This document shows positions 13,322-24,138 of a DNA stretch of 64,000 nucleotides, in pieces. How positions within the stretch are numbered: the stretch's first letter is position 1; the number at the start of each line of letters is the position of its first letter. Made by a program: the position numbers and the translations under genes. Origin of the DNA: Takakia lepidozioides (Eukaryota > Plantae > Bryophyta); contig CM060732.1 of NCBI GenBank assembly GCA_030704615.1, forward strand, positions 53,444,001-53,508,000, read 5' to 3'. The notes beneath the pieces are model-generated. The model did not search any database, was not told where the DNA came from, and was given only the letters and a program-made list of their open reading frames with translations.

Positions 13322-13680
13322 GCTCTTCAACTAGCACACCCACTCTCGTGGGACTAACACGGAGAGCTTTTGCTAGTGTAAGTTCGTGGCGACTCCAGGA
13401 TGTCTCCATACGGCTTATGCGGAAATATGCAGGCCACACTTGTACCAGGCTGCTCAAAACCGGCAAATACTGCACATGACGCAAATGGGTGCTTGCCCGC
13501 TTGTTTATGCGTTGACAGTTTCGTCCTGCATCATTCCTGGCTTCACACATATCCTTATGCCTTTCACACATTTCAGAGTGCAGGCCTCCTCGATTAGCTG
13601 TATGCTAGACTTTCGGTTCTCAGGAAGAGGGAAGAGCGGCGTGTTCTCATGTGCGCACTGAGCCAATCATTTCCATCGTC
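13322..13680 (-). pseudogene. Decayed duplicate of SCC4/MAU2 exon(s)
   Basis: 13325-13530 aligns by eye with the SCC4 exon at ~30075-30285 (e.g. ACACTAGCAAAAGCTCTCC, GTTTATGCGT, acceptor TGCAG). Weaker match of 13580-13680 to the exon at ~30710-30800. Confidence 0.7.
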
Positions 13681-14312
13681 CCAGCAGAGGTGCGCGGCAT
13701 CGTCCTGTTAGTGGAGTCTGAATGAACCTCTCCAGACTCCAATGCTGGAAGCCTGGAATGAGTGTGAATGAAGCTCTCCGGCCTGATGCTGCATTCAAAG
13801 CAGGATGGTTCTAGAAACATGGCAGAACTTCTAACTGTCTCGACACCCTAAAATCTGCACTTACTGCAAAGTCTTCTCTACTCATCATCTCTAACGTTTC
13901 TGCTGCCGTACGCCCCAGATGATTATGATGCATACTTATGTACAATGAATCAAGGAATCATTGTTAGGTCTGATTCCGAGATGCCTGCTGGAGGCGCGCA
14001 AGGCAGAATGCAGGCCAGGGGCGGAGAACTTACCAGCGAATGATGGCCGTAACATTATCTTCCTGGGGAGATAGAAAAAAAAAATGCTGTGGATGTGGCG
14101 CCTGGATGGAGCCACGCCACTCGAACAACGGGAGGTGGAGAATGGAGAAGGTGCCGGACCCCTCTCGATGCTGACCGTCTACCCTCTATAGGTAGCTGCA
14201 GTCTCGGAGCTGCCCGGCATAAATCCCGCCCTGCGAGCAAGTCGAACACTATTGTTCTTCCACTTATCGCTTCGGCTGCCTTGAGCTCTCGTATCACCCT
14301 ACTGTTGCAGCC

Positions 14313-15937
14313 ATGGCCGCCAGCTGCATGATCTCGTCGTTTACCGGGACAGCCCTATTCACTCCCAGCGGAGTAGCACCTCAGGTCGCCCGTCGCACCT
14401 CGTTGGTGCGCATTAGCGCTGTCGCCGACAAAGTTGCGCCCGATCCTGCGGTTGTCCCTGAGGATGTGCTTGCATGTGTGTATCTCCTGATTTCTTCTCC
14501 CCCCTCGTCCTGCAGTGTGATTCGTGTGTATGTGAACTGTTGCATTTGAATCGGCGTCTCATTTACGAAGATGAGATTCTGGATCATGCTCCGGATAAGT
14601 CTGCATTGCAGAGCATTCGTTCAGTTATTGGGTTTTGGAAATGACATTTGGTAAGCTGCTGTGAGCAGATGGAAAAGAAGCTGCGTTTGTAGTGTCAATG
14701 CTGGTTTATTTAATGCTGCTTCCTCGTCGTGAGCTAATTCGTATCTATAGCTGCGAGCTGAAGAAGTGTCCTGTTCGTATGTTTGTGCCTGTGCAGATGC
14801 TAAGACACTACCCGGAGTTACTCAACCGTTCCCGGACATTTTTGACCCTGCCGACCTTCTAGCAAGGGCTGCCTCCAGCCCCCGCCCCATTAGGGAGTTG
14901 AGGAGATGGCGCGAGTCCGAGATTACGCACGGCCGTGTTGCCATGCTGGCTTCTCTGGGCTTCATTGTCCAAGAGCAGCTTGAGGATTTCCCCTTCTTCT
15001 TCAATGCTGATGGGCATATAGTGGGTCAGTGAACACATCCGCCAGTCTTGCCCCTGCCCCTCAATCGTCGAGCCTCATGCCCGACTGTCTCTTTCTGCTA
15101 TTTTGGTCTTCTGTTTTGAATCGCGGTATAGTAGCAGCGGCCTCTCTAAAGTTGTGGCGGAGGAGAACAGCAGCTAATCGCATTGTATCGGGGACTGGAT
15201 CTAGCTCTTGGATGTATGCTCGCCCTTTTACTGTTGTTCCTGCCCTAGCAGGGGAGGGGTCATGGATCCACTCTGAGGGAGGTATTTTAACGTTAGGGAT
15301 TGGTGTAGACATCGACAGAGGCGATGACGGAGGCCATGAGTAGGCAATAGCTCCAAGAAGCGTGAGTTGCGTCTCGTGTATTGGAAGCATTCAAGCTAGA
15401 CCAACGTGATTTGTCAGACCTTGTTGTCTTAGTCTGAGTTTTCGACTTAGTCTGATACAACGGGCTACGTTTGGTTGGACTTTCTCTCTGCATTTGCATT
15501 GATGTCTCTACGGACATTCAAAGACAGTAGGATGATGTGGTTTGGGTCAGATCTTGTAGAGCTGCTTCTAACAATGTAATATGGACATGACAGGTCCTGC
15601 CATCGGCCACTTCCAACAGGTGGAGGCTCGTGGTGCTGTGTTTTGGACGCCTCTGCTCTTCGTCATTGGCCTCTGTGAGGCATACAGAGTAGGGCTTGGC
15701 TGGGCCACTCCCCGTTCCGAGGACTTCAACAGCCTGAGAGACGACTACGAGCCTGGCAATCTTGGCTTTGATCCCCTGGGCCTGCTCCCCTCAGACCCGG
15801 CAGCTAAGAAGGATCTGCAGACCAAGGAGTTGAACAATGGTCGTCTTGCCATGATTGCCATCGCAGCCTTCGTTGTGCAAGAGCTCGTCTCAGGAGAGGA
15901 GGTTTTCGCTCACACATTTAAGAAACTGGGTCTGTAG
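14313..15937 (+). CDS. LHCSR: Light-harvesting complex stress-related protein LHCSR (LI818 family), 3 exons 14313-14475, 14797-15024, 15594-15937, 244 aa
   Basis: [41 protein letters not shown] and [18 protein letters not shown] closely resemble moss LHCSR. Exon phases are consistent and there is an N-terminal transit peptide. Confidence 0.95.
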
Positions 15938-16374
15938 AGCTCAGACCCAGCGAGAAGTAGGGGCTTGTGAAGGCCCATCGAGAAGTAGGAGGAAAAGTTT
16001 TGATTGGATTTGAGTTGTATCATCATGTACAGCTTTGTATGTATCAACGTTCATTTACCTTGATGACCCAGATCCTGCTTCAATAAAGCATTTTAAGAAT
16101 CAAACTGCTTGATTAAATTGTTGTCATGGTTGCTGAGTGAATCTTCTTCTCTCAAGTACCTCGTGCTACTCTTCCATGGCTCCCTTGACATAAGTAACGT
16201 GCTTCATCATAGACCCTTTTGCATATCGATCGCAGGAGAGTATGATCAAGGAATACCACATTGCTTCGAATATAGTGCATAGAGGCAAATTGCACTGCAG
16301 TTTTTGCTGAATGCATGGCTTCCACTCTAAAACGAAGTCCACTCTCATGTGCAACACCTCACCAGAGTGGAGTC

Positions 16375-16432
16375 TATGGCCACAACGAAGCTACGGCAAA
16401 CATCTTATGAGTACACACATTCTTTCTTTTGT
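16375..16432 (+). mobile_element. 3'-tail-only copy of the (CT)n-tailed non-L1 LINE family
   Basis: GGCCACAA...GCTACGGCAAACATCTTATGAGTACA..CATTCTTTCT matches the family tail. Confidence 0.7.
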
Positions 16433-17467
16433 TCTGACCAAAGGACCCTGTACACTCTCTCCTCTTTTTAATCCTCTCAGCATGCAGCTCCTACCTGCAG
16501 CCACTTCCTTGTGTCCGCTTCCTTGCCTCACAGCATTGTATTCTTTACTGTGTTTCCAGGTAGATGGGTGTCTCTGCAAGTTGATGACTGCTCCGTAAGA
16601 TTTTCCATGCACTGGCATTGTAGATCCATCTTCAAGCCCTCATTCTGCTGCCCACCGCAATGCTAAGTACTGCGAGATGCTTGAGCTCACAAGTAACACA
16701 AATTTACATCTCATTCAAAATCTTAAACTGTAGCATATACGACGCAAATTCCCAAGACCCATCCGTTGGATGGATGTTTGATGGTCGTTGAACTTTCGGC
16801 AGCAGTACAGCTGCCAGTACATCATCACCACGTGGCTAATTATGAAGCATTATTTCTAGTTTATTTTTGCCAAAAGTGCAAATCGTTCACGTGGCTTAAT
16901 GTAAACCTGCCACGTTCTCATTCTTGCATGTACCATATGCTGGCGGGGGTCTAGTACACGACACGTAGCAACCCAAGTGTCAGCGTCGAGGGTGGCACCG
17001 GTGAGATCTCAAATGCCGACATTCCTTTCCAGGATTTCGAACACCTGTCACCCTCCCCGAAGCCCTAGCCAAAAATCCTGGAAAGTTCGAGGCCTCATAT
17101 CGGGAATCTTCCCCAGAGACCTTTCCCGCTTCAGCAGGTCCCCATGTTCCTCCCACACACCTCCCATGTCCCTCCCACACTCAGCCATGCTTCTAATCAC
17201 CCAGTGGGAACACGATCTAGACATTGTTCCCATGAGTACAATACTGAATGAATGTACATTCATTCAAGTGTGTGTCGCAGCGGAAGGTCCCATACGATAG
17301 AGACAGCATAAATGAATGTACCTACTCGCAGCCATACATTAGTGGAAGGTCGTGTAGAAAACTTTTTCATATCACTTAATGGCTACCTGAAGACAGTATA
17401 AAATGATTTTCATTGCACCAAAAGCAAGGCTGATACAGCATTTTCCGATAAATAATTCTTTACATAT

Positions 17468-17510
17468 ATCCCATATCGTTTGCACGCAAGCGGCTGACTG
17501 CTATATATAT
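17468..17510 (+). promoter_or_regulatory. Pol III type-3 promoter of U6: USE and TATA
   Basis: ATCCCATATCG (USE consensus RTCCCACATCG) at 17468-17478 and TATATATAT at 17502-17510, at canonical spacing from +1. Confidence 0.88.
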
Positions 17511-17531
17511 GTAAACAGCACAAAGATTATT

Positions 17532-17551
17532 GTCTCTTCGGAGACATCTGA

Positions 17552-17583
<32 letters not shown>

Positions 17584-17636
17584 GGCCCCTGCGCAAGGAT
17601 GACACGCACAAATCGAGAAATGGTCCAAATTTTTTT
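17532..17636 (+). ncRNA. U6: U6 spliceosomal snRNA
   Basis: GTCTC-TTCG-GAGAC 5' hairpin, ACAGAGA box, AGCATGGCCCCTGCGCAAGGATGACA ISL and T-run terminator. Confidence 0.97.
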
Positions 17637-18299
17637 GCCACTTCTGCGAATTTCCGTGCTCAGATTCACTTTGGTGTGCATGTGTCCCGAACTGAGGATT
17701 TCATGTTGGGGAGACAGCTCTGCGCGAGACAGATATGAGTAGAGAGAAAGATTTCATAACATGCACAGGCCTGTAGCTCCATGGGCTGAATGCATAACAA
17801 GCAGTAGCTGAGAGAAGCAGATAGAGGGGTGCAATGGATTGTCGAAGGTATAATAGAGGGGCGACGTTTAGCAATTTCAAGTTAGCTTGATTACTCTAAC
17901 TTGGATCCTACTGCAGGTGAGGGTAGAGAGGCGCCCTGTGTAGCCTGCTTTCTACTACCAATCAAACACACTGCAGGGTGTACTGAGTTGATATGAATCG
18001 TCGATCTGTACTCGAAAATTCTCTCTCTTACCCCACTCTGCGTGCCAATGTATCACGCTCACGGTAAAAACAAGGTGGGTTTAAGCTGCTTTTAGCAGGT
18101 CTCACACATGATGTCCCAGCGAAATCAACCAACCCCGGGCGTCACTTGTTGACGTCAGACATTCTGTCAAAGAATTCATTTTTCTCTCTCTCATTTTATT
18201 CTCACACACACTTACACACAGCACACAATGCCCAAAAACACAAAATTAGGTCACCTAGTGAAGACAAGGAGTTTGTTAATGTACGAAACCGTGTAGGTA

Positions 18300-19790
18300 C
18301 TTTGCAAGAGCAGCATTCAAATCTGTCTCTTTTCTGTCGTTGAATGCAGCGTCCTATCCAAATTGTGACTTGAGCAACTCCACCTAGCATTCCAGTATAT
18401 GTCAGACACAGCCTGGTTGAATTTCTTGACCACCTTGATCATGCTTATTGTCACAATCCGTAAGCCTCGACAGAATCAGCAAGGAGCTTTAAGGCAGGTT
18501 TTTGTTCAGCGTCATCTTATCCCGTCGCACTCTCCTTACCGTACCTGCTCTCAGCATTCTCTTCAAGTCCCAGAGGCTGGACCGTTGGTGGACACTTCAT
18601 GCATTACAAACGCAATCAGTATCAAGATCACTGAGGCAAACAGACAGATGTACATACATATATAGACCTGAAAGACAAATCATGAATAAGTCATGATCAG
18701 CTGTATTCTGTCACAAAATTCAGAGATCTCTCCAGAGAAAGAAGTGTGCTTTGTCATCGCTGCCCACACTACCCACAGCACGGCAGCCCCATACTTCAGC
18801 CAATTGTACAAATATCTGCCCAACTGCTCCTGAAGCTGCACTCACCAATACTTGGTCCCCTGGATTGGGCTGCCCTATCAGTGGAACACCTACAAAAGCA
18901 TATGCCAGGTGGAGTTCTCCTAGTAGGAATAACCAGGTTGGGAAGAACGACCCAGCTTACAGAGTTCCGAGTGTTCAACATTCCATTACTTAATGTCTCT
19001 ATTATAGCTTGAACAATCTTGCACTTGGTCCTGTTCCCCTGTACTCACACATAACAGCGGAGAAGCATAGGGCTTCACAAGGCACCAAGATAGTATGAGT
19101 GATCCCATATCCAGGTCAACTTTCCGAAGGCCTTCTCCCCCTACAGAAAGTGGATACTTACGAAATGCTATCGTACCCCCACAAAATCACCAACCTTGAA
19201 CTTGGGATTGTCGAAAGCAAAGACCTTTGCTATGCCGCTCGAAACAAGTGGCTACATCCATGACAATTCTATCATCTCCAACTGTAACACAGCTACGCTC
19301 CATGAAATTGCACATAAATTTACTTCTCATTAAATTGGCCCGGTTATACATAACAGTCGCTTGGAAGCCCCCAAAGAGTCTCGCATTCTCTATTCCTAGT
19401 GTGGATATCCTCTCCCTAAGTTTCCAGTGTCTTTCATTATTCCTGTACCCAATTCACTGTACCCACCCTCCTCCTCTTTGGACTACACAAGCTACATTTG
19501 ACCTGACGTATACCTAGGGAAGAAATTTCAGCAGGGGAGGAAAGCACGGACCTTGCCCAACTCAAAGGGTTGGAAGGCTGTAGCTTTCGTTTCTTGCATG
19601 AGCGGTCCAACGATAGGTACAAAGCCTTCAACGGGCCTTCAACAGTACGTCGCCTCATGATCCTTCCTTGACTGTCAGGTCCAGCTCGCTCTCCTGCACA
19701 TGAAGATTCTCTGGCTTCACCAATGCCTTTGCTGCCACGATCACCTCCTTGTTTCGCACTCCTGGCCAGCAGCAACTTTCCCTCGCATTA
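18300..19790 (-). pseudogene. NADP-dependent 2-alkenal (double-bond) reductase pseudogene, MDR family; 3' exons missing
   Basis: Fragments NKEVIVAA...LDLTVKEGS*GDVLLK..LYLSLD, GIAKVFAFDNPKFKVGDFV, YYLGAL, PGDQVLVSAASGAVGQ...WGCRAVGSVGSDDK and VELLKSQFG*DAAFN..ETDLNAALAK, with stops and frameshifts. Confidence 0.82.
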
Positions 19791-20396
19791 TCTTTCCTAC
19801 GCTGAACAATGTGGGCTGCGTGACTGCAGTGAGGGCAAGGTGTTGCGCAGCCTGTGGTTTGCTGAGTAGCAGAGCGTGTGTGTTGTGGTTGCTTGCCATA
19901 GTGTCACAACAGAAGTAGCAACATTACATAATATATTATGTGAGACATACGTGAGGGAGAGACAGTTGCAGGGAGACGATCGAGTAGAGAAGAATGCAGT
20001 ACAGTGAGATGGGGGGGGAGAGGTGCATGGGGACTATTCGTGCAAATGTCCAAACGGGCCCACTATATCTATTTTGACTCCAAAAAGCACTAAACGATTT
20101 TGTCCTCTAGTGTAGATGTTGCATCTGCATTCGCAATTGCAAGTACTCACACTTCACCGACTGGAGAGTCTGAAAGCGCAACCCACAAGTATAGTTCTAC
20201 ACAAATTAGCTCCCTCTATATTTTTCAAAATTGTCCCGAAGAAAATATTTACCTTGCCCGGACATATGAAGTTTAAGGCCACAGTCCACTGCCAGTTAAG
20301 TTTTACTGATACAAATTACAGCTCATTAGTGGTATTCCTAACCCAACTACTCTCAAAAGAAATCCAGTAAACGCAAGAAACAAACTGCATCGCTTA

Positions 20397-22851
20397 GACC
20401 TCGAGGGGGCCGCGGGAGGCCGTGTACGCATCTGAGAGGAGAAGAGAGGGAACCCAGATTGTAGCTTTGATATTGTTCCCTGTGATTGCATTTGACAAGC
20501 CTCAGAGCTGCTGAAGGTATTTTGGGAATGACAGCAAAGTCCATGGAGGCGTCTTGTCCGATACACGGAGCCCACAAGCCTGCTTATGGGTCCTCTTCCC
20601 TGACCTCCCAGCGTCTCTCCTCGTTTTCGTCTCATATACCTGCTTCCTTCAGTGACCTTTGCAAATTCAGACACTGGAACTTCGACCTGTAGGTGGGCAA
20701 TTCACGGTTTGCAGCGGGAGAAAGGGAACGGTGGGAGGAGAGGTTGCGGGTAGACATGGACTGCTCAAGCCTGTAAGCTCGGTGGCCAAGCGCGCAGGCA
20801 TGGCGGAAGGTGCCAAGCACAGGCTGCAGAAAGGAAAGTGGTGGCAGAGAAGAAGCAGGAGCAGAGGAGTGGTGATGCGTTCAGCGGGTTAAGGTCAAGT
20901 GTGTGCAGTGCTGGGTACGCAGTGGGGTGATGAAGGCAAGGGAAAACTTGTCGACATCCTGGCCCAACGCTATGACATAGTTGCGCGGTGCCAGGTATTC
21001 CCTGTTTACACCCGGCACACCTCTCTCTGCTCTCACTTGTTGTGCGTATACATTGACACAGAAAGATCCCTATGTTTAAAGAGAGAGGTAACCAGTCTGC
21101 CTAAACCTCGAGAGACGGTATGGTGGCTTACAATGTGGGGCCAGGGTGTGTGCGTGGATACCTGGCCCGGGGAGGAGCCAACGCCGGCCACACTATCTAC
21201 AATAGCGAGGGCCAGAAGTTTGCCCTGCATCTGGTCCCCTCTGGCATCTCCGGAACGGCCTCCGTGTCGGTGATTTGTGCCATTTAGACACACTGCGCAA
21301 CAAACTGGAGATTCTGCTGCAGGATGCTGCCAGCAGATTCAAGGGTTTTGAGTACAATAAGTCAGTGTTGGAGGCAGAGATGGAGCAGTACACAGAAATG
21401 GCAGAACGATTGGAACCCTACATTACTGACACGGTGTACTACATTGATGAAGCACGCTCCCAAGGCAAGCGCATTCTCATTGAGGGTAGCCAGGCCACTA
21501 TGCTTGACATTGATTTTGGGACCTATCCTTTTGTCACTTCATCCAATCCTTCCGTTGCACTGGCCTGGGCATTGCCCCCAAGCACCTTGGTGATCTTGTT
21601 GGCGTGGTAAGTGACCTCACTGTCCTTTCTTTCATCCAGTGGGGAGAAACTGGGAAGTGAAGTGAAGTAGTGATGGCCAATAGTTCAGCCTCTGTGGACA
21701 TCCATGCAAACTAGGGGTTTGAAACAATTCTCCTCGATAGACCTCAATGAGGGTTTGGCAGTTAAGATGAAATAACATCCTGATACCAGATTGATTTTAT
21801 TCAGGAGTTCCCCTAGTGCACAGACCCCTTGCATCCCTCTAGGGAGACCCGTTACACTGGCAGTGATTTTTACTGTAGAAAAACTATGTGATAGAGTGAA
21901 ACCGAAGCAAATCTTGTAACTTGGAAATCGTGTAACTTGGAAGCTTTGCCAATTGTAGGCCAAAGCATACACAACGCGAGTGGGATCGGGCCCCTACCCA
22001 ACAGAGCTTTTTGGACAACTGGGTGAAGACTTGCGTGCTGCAGGTCATGAGTATGGCACCTTAACAGGAAGGCCCCGGCGCTGTGGATGGCTGGATATTG
22101 TTGCCCTGAAGTTTGCATGTGTTGTAAATGGGTTCACAGCTCTCAACCTTACAAAACTTGATGTGCTGTCAGCCTTGCCCGAGTTGAAACTAGGGATAGG
22201 CTATAGGACCCCTGATGGGCATCGGCTGCACTCATTCCCAGCTGACCTCACTGTCCTGGAGCAAGTTGAGGTCTTATTCTGGTCTTTCCAGTCCTCTACC
22301 TGCATCTTCTACCCTCCTTTATCTTTTGTCTATATTATTAATGTGACTTTCTCTTCTGTTGTAGGTTAGGACTTTTGACACTTTTATATGGGAATATACA
22401 GTGTGTTCATGGGTTGAACTCTGTGGTGGCCTACATGGAATCTCTACAAACTCCTTATCTGCTGGAAAGGCTTGTTTCACATCACACATGGTTCTCAGGT
22501 TTGACTTGTTCAGGGTTTTGGGAATTTGGACAGGTGGAGTACGAGGTGTTTCCAGGCTGGGAGACAGATATCACAGCTGTCAGACGCTACGAAGACTTAC
22601 CAGTGGCAGCCCAGAGATATGTTGAAAGAATAGAGCTGTTTCTTGGGCTGCCGATTCAATACATTGGTGTTGGCCCCGGAAGGGATGCATTGATTGTCAG
22701 AGATTAGTTGCATTTGTAGCCTTGTCTGAGCTCAGGTGCAGCTCAGGCGCGGGCGCCTCCAATGAGAAAGGCAGTGTGTTAGCAGGCAAAGATATTCCAG
22801 GTAGCAATGCAGGTGCTACAACCTGGAATATACAGGCCTTGCTCATATTTT
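20397..22851 (+). pseudogene. Tandem-duplicated adenylosuccinate synthetase pseudogene
   Basis: Highly similar to 23990-26890. Lesions: frameshifts and a stop in exon 1, exon-2 acceptor AG>GG, ~250-bp deletion in exon 2 (GGCATC|TCCGGAAC), GGIC deleted, exon-3 donor damaged. Confidence 0.93.
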
Positions 22852-23392
22852 CTCATGGAGATCCTACTGAAATTTTTGCCTACTGCTTATGGGAGTGTAA
22901 GTCAGTCACGAGAGAGATTGAACATCAATGGCAACACAACAGATCCTTCCTCTTCGGCTTCACCAGATTTTGACAGATCTGACATCAACTGGAAACATGT
23001 CAAAACCTCCACTAAGACTAAGCTATGCTATCAGTACAGAGAGTACACTAGTTTTCTCCCCTCTCTCTGGATCTATCCTCAGACCTCTAGGGTCGTATGT
23101 CATTTTCGCTCACAGCTGCTGAGCTCCCACCTCGGGTCTCATCGCGATGCCCTGGGCAAGGTTCTTGAGCTTCGGCCTGCTTCTAGGATGTTCGCATTCT
23201 AATAAGTGCTCATAGTTACGTCAGCATTCTTGGGGACATCTGTCACGGTTAACCGTGAGTTCAGGCCTTATGGCAGCCTTCGGGCCAAAAAAGGATTTTA
23301 ATTTTTTTCCCTTCAATAATCTTACAAAGTTTCCAAGGGCTTCCTCCCCTTTCAATTTTGTTTTCAATTTAAAAAAATTAAAAAATCAAACT
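22852..23392 (+). mobile_element. L1 3' fragment at the breakpoint of the purA duplication
   Basis: Begins where purA homology ends. It carries the shared L1 3'-UTR motif (GCCTTATGGCAGCCTTCGGGC...TTTTAATTTTTTTCCCTT) and an A-rich tail. Confidence 0.7.
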
Positions 23393-24138
23393 AATATTCG
23401 GAAATGCTATAACATCTGCATTGAATACGCACTTGAAACCAAAGAAAGAAAAAAGGAAAGAAAGAAAGAAATATTAGAGCAGATTTGACAGTGAGAATTC
23501 TCATAATCCAATGTTTTTTGTTCCGGGCAATTCGGGCAGCTTCAAGACTGTACCTTGATGACGTGGCCTCCGAGACGTGGCAGATATGACGTCATTTATT
23601 TTAAATTTTCTCTGCCTCATTTTGCGTCATTTTGAATTCCTCTGCCTCCGATATTTAGCCTCTGCTCTGGAAACTATTTCTGTGTAGTGTCTCCTTGCAA
23701 CGTTTTTTCGTTTTTCTTTGAACGATGAACTGAGAACGGACGCTCTTCATGTGGAGCCCACAGCAGCATGAACCAACAAAGATTCGGCCTCACCCTGCAA
23801 CAGATTCAAAAAAAGGAGTTACCCCAATCCTCATCTCGGTAAAGTTGGGAATGCAACCGTTGATCAAGCATATTGAAACTGATTTCTTACAATCAGTGTG
23901 CTAAGTATATGTTTAGTAACTGGTTCAGTGTATGCACAGTAACTAGTTTATGTGAGGTGGTGATGTGAGGGTTGTGTGCAGGAGGAACGCCTCGAGGGGG
24001 CCGTGGAGGCCTGTGGCGCCAACCCTACACTGCGTCAAGCATCTGAGAGGAGTATAAAGGGAACTCAGATTGTAGCTTTGACATTGTTCGCTGTGATTGC
24101 ATTTGCCAAGCCTCAGAGCTGCTGAAGATATTTTGGGT

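Noticed and set aside
18750-19440. Initially looked like a gypsy integrase/chromodomain region (FKVGDFV)
   Set aside because: Neighbouring peptides (VSAASGAVGQ, LYLSLD, DAAFN) identify a 2-alkenal reductase pseudogene.
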